This document shows, piece after piece, positions 48,946 through 57,499 of a stretch of DNA of 64,000 bases. The notes below the pieces were generated by a model. The model made no database searches and was not told the DNA's origin. It worked only from the letters and a program-made list of their open reading frames with translations. The position numbers were made by a program, and so were the translations under genes. The number at the start of each line of letters is the position of its first letter. Position 1 is the first letter of the stretch. The DNA comes from Bacteroidales bacterium (GTDB lineage Bacteria > Bacteroidota > Bacteroidia > Bacteroidales > VadinHA17), in contig JAJFVL010000046.1 in the NCBI GenBank assembly GCA_021371855.1, positions 53,897-117,896 on the forward strand, read 5' to 3'.

Positions 48946-50895
48946 CTATTGATTAGAATAATTATTTTCAAGCAAATCGATAATTCTGAGTACTTCGCCA
49001 ACACTCCATGCCTGCGAAATAGCTCCCTGCGGTAAATGAGGAGGATCCCCATCATAGATTTCAGAAATGGTACTTATACCATGTTCATTCATCACATCTT
49101 CAAGGCCAAAGATCAGTTTTCTTACCTTTTGAACACCCTGTTGCCCATAAACTCTAAGCCATCCCTCACAGAAGGGACCGTACAGCCATGGCCAAACCGT
49201 ACCCTGATGATATGCTTTATCTCTCTCTTCCTGGTTTCCCTTGTAAACGCCCTTATAATATTTATTTCCCGGAGACAGAGTTCTCAATCCTCTCACTGTA
49301 ACGAGCTCTTTATCGGCAATGTCAAGAACCTTTTTCATCTGATCTTTATCAAGCATAGAATAAGGCAGCGAAACCGCAATAACCATGTTTGGCCTTACAA
49401 AACAGTTTCTGCCTTCACCATCATTAACATAATCAGCCAGATAACCTGACTTATCATCCCAGAATATTTCAATAAAGGACTCCTTAATCAGCTCAGGCAG
49501 CTGTTCATATTCCTTAATGAAATTTTTATCCTTTTCAAGTCTGGCCATCTCAAGGGAAAAACAGACAGCATTATACCAAAGTGCATTTATCTCAACATCA
49601 TAACCGTTCCGTTGGGTAACCGGGATTCCATTTACAACGGCATCCATCCAGGTGAGTGCTTTTCCATCGGCATCTGCATATATTAATCCATTGACTCTCA
49701 TATGGATATTGAAGGAAGTCCCGTTTTTATAAGCGTTCAATACCGATTTTGCCGCCACACCATATCGTTCCCATCCGTCAGAACCTCCGCGTTCCATATA
49801 CTTCTGAACTGCCCAGAAAAACCATAGAGGCGCATCTACAGAATTAAATGCGGGATTGGAAGCAGTACCCATGTTCGGGAATAAACCTTCCTTCATACTC
49901 TCAACCTGAGTGTCCAGAACAGCTCTGTAAAGATCAAGGTTTGGCTTTGCCAGAGCCAGTCCGGGAAGGGAAATAAAAGTGTCCCTCCCCCAGGCACCAA
50001 ACCATGGGAAACCGGCAATTATAAGAGTCTTCCCTCCACGTTTTTCCACAAATTGATGAGCAGCATTTTTTAAACAGTTAGTAAAACTATCCCTTGGAAT
50101 TTTACCGGAAACTGTTTTCGTAAACTTCTGTTTAAAACCTGATGTCTTTTCTTCTTTAGTAGAAGCAGAAAATATTATGGCGTCTCCCTCTCTTGCTTCC
50201 ATCTCAAAAAAACCAGGAGTAAACAGATCTTCTGAATAATCATATCCCCGTTTCTGCTCCTCAAGATATTCAACTCCCAGATACCAATCGGGAACATGGA
50301 CAAAATCAACTTTTCTGGAGAACTGCATGTTTAATGAAGGAAATCCTTCATATAACTTCGACCTGATCCCGTTCTCAACAAAGTCAACTTTCGTGTTTAC
50401 AGCCAGATTGGCATGAGTCAGCTGGTGTATGTTTCTAAATGCAAGAAACGGGCGGACCTGAAGTTTCATCGGCTCCGAAGCCTCAAGAATAGTAAATCTG
50501 AGAAGAAATTGCTCTTCATAATGGACCAGCAACCTTTCCTGTTTAAGAATGACTCCTCCGACCCTGTAGATTCTTGAAGGAATATTGTCCGCATTAAAAT
50601 CCTCTATATATTTATGCCCTTTTGGACTGAAATAGTCACCATTATATTTACGTATGCCGGTGTTAAAACTTCTGTCATTATTAACTACCGTAACATCAAG
50701 TGAAGACAGAAGTACGAACCTTTCGCCGCCGAATTCATCAACAGGGCAGACAAGCAATCCATGATATTTACGCGTATTGCAATCGACAATAGTGGTTGAG
50801 GAGTAAGATCCTCCCCTGTTAGTTCTTATAATTTCTTTCCCAAGCGAATACTCGAGGTTTACTACCTGATTCTTTTGGAACTTTATGTAACTCAT
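48946..50895 (-). CDS. Amylo-alpha-1,6-glucosidase / glycogen debranching enzyme-like protein
   Basis: 649 aa. It has the GDE_C-type (alpha/alpha)6 motif GFPWFGAWGRDTFISLPG and a C-terminal QAWSVGE motif. Confidence 0.8.
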   Translation of the reverse strand: MSYIKFQKNQVVNLEYSLGKEIIRTNRGGSYSSTTIVDCNTRKYHGLLVCPVDEFGGERFVLLSSLDVTVVNNDRSFNTGIRKYNGDYFSPKGHKYIEDFNADNIPSRIYRVGGVILKQERLLVHYEEQFLLRFTILEASEPMKLQVRPFLAFRNIHQLTHANLAVNTKVDFVENGIRSKLYEGFPSLNMQFSRKVDFVHVPDWYLGVEYLEEQKRGYDYSEDLFTPGFFEMEAREGDAIIFSASTKEEKTSGFKQKFTKTVSGKIPRDSFTNCLKNAAHQFVEKRGGKTLIIAGFPWFGAWGRDTFISLPGLALAKPNLDLYRAVLDTQVESMKEGLFPNMGTASNPAFNSVDAPLWFFWAVQKYMERGGSDGWERYGVAAKSVLNAYKNGTSFNIHMRVNGLIYADADGKALTWMDAVVNGIPVTQRNGYDVEINALWYNAVCFSLEMARLEKDKNFIKEYEQLPELIKESFIEIFWDDKSGYLADYVNDGEGRNCFVRPNMVIAVSLPYSMLDKDQMKKVLDIADKELVTVRGLRTLSPGNKYYKGVYKGNQEERDKAYHQGTVWPWLYGPFCEGWLRVYGQQGVQKVRKLIFGLEDVMNEHGISTISEIYDGDPPHLPQGAISQAWSVGEVLRIIDLLENNYSNQ

Positions 50896-51028
50896 ATAAT
50901 TACCGTTTGGTTGAAAACTTTAATATTGTACGTAAGTTAATCATAATTATTAAACATTGCAAACTACCGGCATCTTAGTAAGTACATTAATAAAAATTCA
51001 TAATATTAGTGCCGCATTAAAAAAAGAA

Positions 51029-51036
51029 TAACTTTG
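51029..51036 (+). promoter_or_regulatory. Candidate -7 box (TAACTTTG)
   Basis: It matches TAnnTTTG, 43 nt upstream of the ATG at 51080. Confidence 0.5.
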
Positions 51037-51079
51037 CATTTCAATAATTCAAAACAATTATTAATTAACTTATTACTTC

Positions 51080-52243
51080 ATGGATAAGAAGCTGTTAGTG
51101 TACATTTTTACTTTAATTGTATTTACTGGTTGTAAAAATAATACCGTCCATATTTCAGGCAGTCTTATTGGCCCTTCTGCCGGAGAATATATTTACCTTG
51201 ACGAACTGAATTCTGAAAAGCTTATCCCGGTTGACTCCATGAAGATTCCGGAGAATGGAAAATTCAGTTTTAAAAGAGAGGTAAAATCTCCCTCATTTTA
51301 CCTTTTGAAAATAAATAATAATAATTTCCTGACAATGCTTATCGGACCCGGGGAGAAGGTCGCCATCACTACCCATAACGATTCATTGAATTATCCAATA
51401 TCTGTCACAGGATCTGAAGGAACTGAACAGATGGCTGAATACAACAAAACTCTCAGGAAAACAATAGACAAGCTTACCGGATTAAACAAGATCTATATGC
51501 AGAATATCGACAGTCCTGAACTGCCGGTGGTTATAGAATCGCTCGACAGTATGGCCCAGTCATGTCTGAATGAGATTAATTCCTACACAAAGAGTTATAT
51601 TGATAAAAATCTTACTTCACTGGTAAGTCTTATTGCACTTTATCAGCAGGTAGCTCCTAATGTTTATGTTCTGAACCCATCCTCCGATCTTAAATATTTT
51701 CTAAAAGTTGATTCCTCTCTTTCTTTATTGTATCCGGAATATGAACCGGTTGCTTCAATGCACAAACAAGTTCAGGAACTGGTTTCCAAAATCGGAGCAG
51801 AAGCATCGGTCGCTCCTTCTTCAAAGGAAGGGAGTGAAGCTCCCGAAATAGCTCTTCCTACACCTGAAGGTGATACTGTTAAATTATCTTCCATCAGAGG
51901 ATCGGTAGTGTTGCTCGATTTCTGGGCATCGTGGTGCTCTCCGTGCCGGCAGGAAAACCCTAACCTGGTAAAAGCTTTTAACCAGTATCATAAAAAAGGA
52001 TTTCAGATTTACCAGGTATCGCTTGACAAAACAAAGGAGGCATGGATAAAAGGTATACAGGACGATCAGCTCGGGAAATGGATCCATGTAAGTGATGTTC
52101 AATATTGGAACTCGGTAGTTGTTCCTCTTTATAAAATAGAGTCAATACCATCTAATCTGCTTCTTGACAGAGAGGGTCGCATTATTGCATCAAATCTGAG
52201 AGGCGAGCAATTACAATTAAAACTGGCTGAACTTTTCAAATAA
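51080..52243 (+). CDS. TlpA-family thiol-disulfide oxidoreductase lipoprotein (N-terminal DUF4369-like domain plus thioredoxin fold)
   Basis: It has the lipobox FTGC and the thioredoxin-fold motif LLDFWASWCSPCRQENP, with an intact CxxC. Confidence 0.85.
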   Translation: MDKKLLVYIFTLIVFTGCKNNTVHISGSLIGPSAGEYIYLDELNSEKLIPVDSMKIPENGKFSFKREVKSPSFYLLKINNNNFLTMLIGPGEKVAITTHNDSLNYPISVTGSEGTEQMAEYNKTLRKTIDKLTGLNKIYMQNIDSPELPVVIESLDSMAQSCLNEINSYTKSYIDKNLTSLVSLIALYQQVAPNVYVLNPSSDLKYFLKVDSSLSLLYPEYEPVASMHKQVQELVSKIGAEASVAPSSKEGSEAPEIALPTPEGDTVKLSSIRGSVVLLDFWASWCSPCRQENPNLVKAFNQYHKKGFQIYQVSLDKTKEAWIKGIQDDQLGKWIHVSDVQYWNSVVVPLYKIESIPSNLLLDREGRIIASNLRGEQLQLKLAELFK

Positions 52244-52285
52244 CAAGCACAAAACTGAAAATATAAAAAAGGTAATCCGACTTTA

Positions 52286-53443
52286 ATGAAACGAATATTA
52301 ATTTTACTGGCTCTGGTTTGTACTATTTCCGGATGCAAAAACAAGGGGACATTCTCTGTCGAGGGAATTATAAAGGGTAAATCAGAAAAAAGCATTTTCA
52401 TCAACAGACTGGAAGTCAATACTCCGGTGTTTATCGACTCGGCAAAAATTAACAAAAAAGGGAAGTTCCGGTTCAAAATAAAAGCTTCCGAACCTGACTT
52501 TTATCAGATTGGCTTTTCTACAGCAGATTTCATAACTATTCTTGCTGAACCCGGGGAAAAGATCAAATTAACATTCGAAAGTAAAAATCTTTTTGAAAAA
52601 TATTCTATTGCCGGATCAATAGGATCTGAACAGATACAGAAGCTCGACATGGATCTTGCCGATACAAAGAGAAAACTTGATTCGTTAAGTGCAGCTTACT
52701 CCAAAGCTTCTTTGGAACCGGGATTTGATGTTAAGGGTCCGCTGCTCGAAGCTGATTACAATAAGCTGGTAAAAGATCAGCGCAGGAAGAATATTGAGTT
52801 TATCATTAAAAACACCAACTCAATGGCCTCTATTAAAGCATTGTATCAGAGGATCAATCCTGAAGCATACGTTCTCTATGAAACCCGCGATCTTCAATAT
52901 CTTAAGATAGTAAGTGATTCACTTACCCGTCGCTATCCAAGGTCAAAAAATGTACAGGCCCTTGCAGCAGACTTTAAAAAGGAGATGAATCAGATGTATT
53001 TGAACCAGATTGGCAGAGTCACTCAAAACCTGCCTGAGATGGAACTTAATCCTGATCTGAAAGATGTTACCGGTAAGAGAATTTCCCTTTCCTCCCTGAA
53101 AGGGAAATATGTTCTCGTGACTTTCTGGTCCTTCCTTTCAAAAGATTGTGTTGCAGAAAATATTCAGTTCAAGGAGTACTATAAATTGTACAATAAGAAA
53201 GGTTTCGAGATATATCAGATTAACCTTGACGAAAATGAAACCAGCTGGAAAGCGGCTGTTAATTTTGATGAACTGCCATGGATAAGTACAAGAGAGGATG
53301 ATCCTCTCCAGCCAAAATATGCAAAGTTGTTCAATGTTAAAAATCTCCCGACCAACTTCCTGTTTGACAAGAATGGTAAAGTAATTGTAGCCGACCTTCA
53401 TGGCAAATACCTTCAGATAAAGCTTGAACAATTATTTAAATAA
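52286..53443 (+). CDS. TlpA-like thioredoxin-fold lipoprotein paralogue with a degenerate active site (SxxC)
   Basis: It has the same architecture and length as the upstream gene and the lipobox ISGC. The motif position reads LVTFWSFLSKDCVAEN, so the first Cys is replaced by Ser. Confidence 0.8.
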   Translation: MKRILILLALVCTISGCKNKGTFSVEGIIKGKSEKSIFINRLEVNTPVFIDSAKINKKGKFRFKIKASEPDFYQIGFSTADFITILAEPGEKIKLTFESKNLFEKYSIAGSIGSEQIQKLDMDLADTKRKLDSLSAAYSKASLEPGFDVKGPLLEADYNKLVKDQRRKNIEFIIKNTNSMASIKALYQRINPEAYVLYETRDLQYLKIVSDSLTRRYPRSKNVQALAADFKKEMNQMYLNQIGRVTQNLPEMELNPDLKDVTGKRISLSSLKGKYVLVTFWSFLSKDCVAENIQFKEYYKLYNKKGFEIYQINLDENETSWKAAVNFDELPWISTREDDPLQPKYAKLFNVKNLPTNFLFDKNGKVIVADLHGKYLQIKLEQLFK

Positions 53444-54197
53444 AACCCGTTTGGCCGAAACAGGGAACATATATTTTGCTTCCGACTTCCATCTGGGATT
53501 GCAGACAGGAACGCCAGCCCTGGAAAGAGAGAAAAAGGTTGTAAAATGGCTAAACTCCATTGCTCCTGATGCAAAAGAGATATACCTCATTGGGGATGTT
53601 TTTGATTTCTGGTGGGAATATAGGCTTGTAGTTCCCCGCGGATTCACCAGGTTTCTTGGCACTGCCGCTGAAATGACCGATTCTGGTATCCAAATTCATT
53701 TTTTTACAGGAAACCATGATATGTGGGTTAAGGATTATCTTGCTGATGAATGTGGATTTATTATTCATACAACTCCTTTTACAACTTTATATAACGGAAA
53801 AAAATTCCATATTGCCCATGGTGAAGGTCTGGGGACAAGAGATACAGGATATAAGATTCTCCTTTCAATATTCCGGAACAAGCCTCTTCAGACTATGTAT
53901 TCAGCTCTTCATCCTTCAATTGGAGTTGGCATAGGACAACGGTGGTCACTAAACTCAAGGCTTGGAAAGGGAATAGTAAAAGAATTTCTCGATGAAGACA
54001 GAGAAGATCTGATAAGGTATGCCAAGACTATTCTCGAAAAAGATCAAATTGACTATTTTATTTTTGGTCACCGCCATCTGGCAATGATCTATAAGTTGCA
54101 TAAGATAACAGAAATTGTATTTCTTGGCGATTGGATAAAAAATGGAAGTTTTGCTAAATGGGATGGGAAAAATCTTACTTTCAGGATATTAGATTAA
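53424..54197 (+). CDS. lpxH: UDP-2,3-diacylglucosamine diphosphatase
   Basis: It has the calcineurin-like metallophosphoesterase motifs YFASDFHLG, GDVFDFW, GNHD and GHRH, and the length is typical of LpxH. Confidence 0.85.
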   Translation: MNNYLNKTRLAETGNIYFASDFHLGLQTGTPALEREKKVVKWLNSIAPDAKEIYLIGDVFDFWWEYRLVVPRGFTRFLGTAAEMTDSGIQIHFFTGNHDMWVKDYLADECGFIIHTTPFTTLYNGKKFHIAHGEGLGTRDTGYKILLSIFRNKPLQTMYSALHPSIGVGIGQRWSLNSRLGKGIVKEFLDEDREDLIRYAKTILEKDQIDYFIFGHRHLAMIYKLHKITEIVFLGDWIKNGSFAKWDGKNLTFRILD

Positions 54198-55303
54198 GAT
54201 ATACTGTCTTCAACCTTCACTGTTAAAGTGAAATAAGAGTAGGTATCATCTATCGTTTCAAATTTATAAATCAGTTTATTACCTGCTTTTTTCGCCATAT
54301 CAATAAGCCCCATATTCCCTGTGCTTTCGGAACTGATAGTCTGACCCGAAAGGGTTACTTTAAAAAGTTCTTTGAGACCATCTATATCATACCTGTTAAT
54401 GGTATCGATCTTCTCCTTAAGATGTTCAATATTTTTATTCAATATAAGATTGCCGGTTGTGAGAGAGTATGTTTTATTCTCCATTTTTATTATTGCAACC
54501 GGCATACCTAATAGTTCTTCGGGTTCTCTCCCGGTGCTGAATTTAGCAACATTTTCCAGCATTTCAACCAGGATGCTGAATACCCTCTTTCTTATATTAA
54601 TATCATCTTCAGCGAGATTTGTCTCAGTGAATGAAAGAACTTCTTTACCAACATCAGGGGAAATATGTCCCGACCATATCATATAAATATCATTTTCAGC
54701 CATCAGACTTTGAAGCTGGATTGCGGCCTTACCCCGAAAAGGTTGTTCCTGCACCCCTGAATGTATTCCAATCCCTCCGCGATCAACTGTTTTACTCAAA
54801 ATAAAATAAGAATCTTCATTGTCGAGAGGGATAAAGTCATAATCAAGTTTATTCCCTGTCTTTTTGGCCATTTCTATCAGCCCCAGCCCTGCTCCTCCTT
54901 TGTTACTAAATTCCGCTGTGCTGAGCATCTGCCTGTAAACACTTCTTATTTCATCAGTCTCAAGGTTATTGATCTCATCAAGTTTGAGCTTTAAACTGTC
55001 AACACTGTAAGATGAAATAGCATTTCCTGTGGTTACCGTATAACGATTGGCCGTCCTGGAATATACTACCAGTGACATATCTGCATGCTGGCTTTGTCTG
55101 CTATGTCTCGAGACATTCTGAAGGCTTTCGAGCACAAACATAAAAAGCCTTTTCCTTCCGACAACTCCGAATTCCGAATCTTCCATCTCCTTCTCAAGAA
55201 GCATTAAAAGCGGAACAGAATTTTCATTTGTTACAACACCCCTGTAAACAAAGACAAGGTGTTCTTTCATCATTTTGTCGCGAATATGGCGAATAAGATC
55301 CAT
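54194..55303 (-). CDS. Tandem-duplicated GHKL-ATPase-like (SiaB / anti-sigma-kinase-like) protein
   Basis: It consists of two homologous halves of roughly 185 aa. Each half ends in a G-rich ATP-lid-like motif: NKGGAGLGLIEMAKKTGNKLDYDF and ESTGNMGLIDMAKKAGNKLIYKF. I place the start at MDLIRHI (55303). The family assignment is from memory of the motif, not from a search. Confidence 0.55.
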   Translation of the reverse strand: MDLIRHIRDKMMKEHLVFVYRGVVTNENSVPLLMLLEKEMEDSEFGVVGRKRLFMFVLESLQNVSRHSRQSQHADMSLVVYSRTANRYTVTTGNAISSYSVDSLKLKLDEINNLETDEIRSVYRQMLSTAEFSNKGGAGLGLIEMAKKTGNKLDYDFIPLDNEDSYFILSKTVDRGGIGIHSGVQEQPFRGKAAIQLQSLMAENDIYMIWSGHISPDVGKEVLSFTETNLAEDDINIRKRVFSILVEMLENVAKFSTGREPEELLGMPVAIIKMENKTYSLTTGNLILNKNIEHLKEKIDTINRYDIDGLKELFKVTLSGQTISSESTGNMGLIDMAKKAGNKLIYKFETIDDTYSYFTLTVKVEDSIS

Positions 55304-55494
55304 GCAATGAAAATCAGGTAGATTAATAATGTTATAAAAATAGCAATTTTTGAATACCACCACAAAAAATCCGGGTGAAAGGAAAATAATATTAAAAAGC
55401 TAAACAGGTTTGCTGAATAGATACCCTTAAATGACAGACTTTACTGATAACTGGAAATTTCAGGCCAATCAGAAATTTCAGTTAATTACACCGT

Positions 55495-56205
55495 TCAACT
55501 TAAAAAATATTTCTGGAATTCCTGCCAACATTCACCGGGCAGTTCTGAAAGAGGCTGGTCGAAAATTTCGCCACTTTCCTGAGAGATTACTTTTGAAGGC
55601 TCAACTGAATATTTTTTCACCCATAAAATCATAAGTTCTTTAAATCTAACCAGTTCTTTCTCTGACCATTCAATAGCCGCGTCAGCCAGATACAGAGATT
55701 CTGTTTCCTCTTTCCATTTTGCAGGTCTGATCCGGTAAATCCATCCTTCCTCATAAGGATCAGATTTTAAATCCCAGGATCTTTCATTAAGGAATGTGTT
55801 TGTGCTAATGATTTCACCGGACAGTGGTGAAAATATTTTTAAAGATTTTTCGTTTTGTTCAATCTCGATAATCAAATCTCCCTTATTAATGAAATCACCG
55901 GATTTTTTAAGATTAATGAATTTTACTCTCCCTGTAATATGAAATAAGAAATTGTCCAATCCAATCAAAGCGACACCCGATTTTCCGAGACAGGACCATG
56001 TATGATTTTTACTGTAATACAACCCCCGAAGGATTCTTAGAACAGCAGCAGAAAGAATAGTCGCTTTTCTTCTTCCCTGTTTTGTTTTTCCGGTTTTTCG
56101 GTTCAATGCAATCCAGAATGGAATTATTATTAAAAGGAAAGCTATTAATATAAGATATTCAATTCCTTTTGTATCAAAAATATTATTATAACTGAATCCG
56201 TCCAT
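55495..56205 (-). CDS. Membrane-anchored glycine-cleavage-H-fold (GcvH/lipoyl-domain-like) protein
   Basis: It has one N-terminal TM helix (YLILIAFLLIIIPFWIAL) followed by a basic stretch. The next region reads HTW...ALIGLDNF...GDLIIEIEQNEKSLKIFSPLSGEI...DPYEEGWIYRI and aligns with the GcvH core. Confidence 0.6.
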   Translation of the reverse strand: MDGFSYNNIFDTKGIEYLILIAFLLIIIPFWIALNRKTGKTKQGRRKATILSAAVLRILRGLYYSKNHTWSCLGKSGVALIGLDNFLFHITGRVKFINLKKSGDFINKGDLIIEIEQNEKSLKIFSPLSGEIISTNTFLNERSWDLKSDPYEEGWIYRIRPAKWKEETESLYLADAAIEWSEKELVRFKELMILWVKKYSVEPSKVISQESGEIFDQPLSELPGECWQEFQKYFLS

Positions 56206-56254
56206 TTTGTTATTATTTATGCAGACACATCATAAGATGGGAAAGCAGGTTAGT

Positions 56255-57499
56255 TTATTCATTTTCATTTACCCATGATGGAGATTCCCGTAAAACCGGC
56301 ATCCGGCTAATTACCCATCTGAATATCCATATCTGGGCTAATATTACTGCAACTGATACAACAACTTCCATCCAGGTCGGAACATATCGTAAAGCTCCAT
56401 TCCAGTTAAATCCGATTATGCTGATATTCAGCCTGTTCATGATCACGCCAATCATTGTAATAACTGATGCAACTTTTATCATAAAAATATTATTTCTGCG
56501 ATAACTGTAGAAAAACATCAGCATTGGCAAAAGAACAAAACCGAACATTTCGAGTATAAACCAATATCCCATGGGCGTATTTAACAGATCCCAGTGCTTT
56601 CCGTGCACAAAGACAAGCAACTGCAGGAAAAAGTAAGCGAACATTGCAACTGTACAGATCTTAGACAACCCGATCAATATCCCGTTATGAGCTTTTTTAC
56701 TTTTTTCACTGATCTGATCAGAAAAGACGTTTTTGCATATGGACCCTTCAAATATTACTAACGAAAGTCCTGCAAAAATACTTGAGACAAAGAATTGGAT
56801 AGGAATAAATTCATTATACCATAAAGGATGGATTTTATCTTTTGCCATCAGGAAAATTGCACCCAATCCTGATTGGTGAAGTGTTGACAATGTGATCCCG
56901 AAAATAACTGCACCAACGGTCATCCCTGACAGAATTTTCCTTGCACGCTTTGCTCCGAGCCATTCTGCAATAGCAGGTGAAAACTCGATCATCTGCGCAA
57001 TAATATAAAGAAGGAAGTGCCAGGCAACAAGAAACAGAACTGAACCTGTGCCGAAACTGTTTCCGATAACAGGATTGAATATTTTCCAGGGGCGACCCAG
57101 TTCCAGGATCAGGGCACCTGCATAAAAAACATATGCAAGAAATCCGTTCAGTACAGTAATCCTTACAATTGAATGATATTTTTTAAGATTCAGTATATAA
57201 ACCAAAAAGGTTAAAACATATGCGCCACCCGCAAAAGCGACACCTGTGATCACATTAAAGCCTTTCCAGATTCCCCATGGAACCTCTTGTGTAAGATTTG
57301 TCACCGGCCCTAAACCTTTCCAGAAACGATACACAAGAATTATCGCGGCAAGGAGCATTACCGGAATGGAAATTATATTAAACGGTGTAAGAAATTTCCC
57401 CCTTGGTTTCAGTTCACTTAACAGAAACTTCCAGGTTGATCTGCTGCTATCATTATCATTTGAAATAATATAGTCGGTTTTACTCATTTCCTTCCTCAT
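56255..57499 (-). CDS. NrfD/HybB/DsrP-like polytopic quinone-interacting membrane subunit
   Basis: 414 aa with about ten TM helices and an N-terminal VPWGIWKGFNV motif typical of the NrfD family. Its start overlaps the stop of the FeS gene by 20 nt. Confidence 0.75.
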   Translation of the reverse strand: MRKEMSKTDYIISNDNDSSRSTWKFLLSELKPRGKFLTPFNIISIPVMLLAAIILVYRFWKGLGPVTNLTQEVPWGIWKGFNVITGVAFAGGAYVLTFLVYILNLKKYHSIVRITVLNGFLAYVFYAGALILELGRPWKIFNPVIGNSFGTGSVLFLVAWHFLLYIIAQMIEFSPAIAEWLGAKRARKILSGMTVGAVIFGITLSTLHQSGLGAIFLMAKDKIHPLWYNEFIPIQFFVSSIFAGLSLVIFEGSICKNVFSDQISEKSKKAHNGILIGLSKICTVAMFAYFFLQLLVFVHGKHWDLLNTPMGYWFILEMFGFVLLPMLMFFYSYRRNNIFMIKVASVITMIGVIMNRLNISIIGFNWNGALRYVPTWMEVVVSVAVILAQIWIFRWVISRMPVLRESPSWVNENE

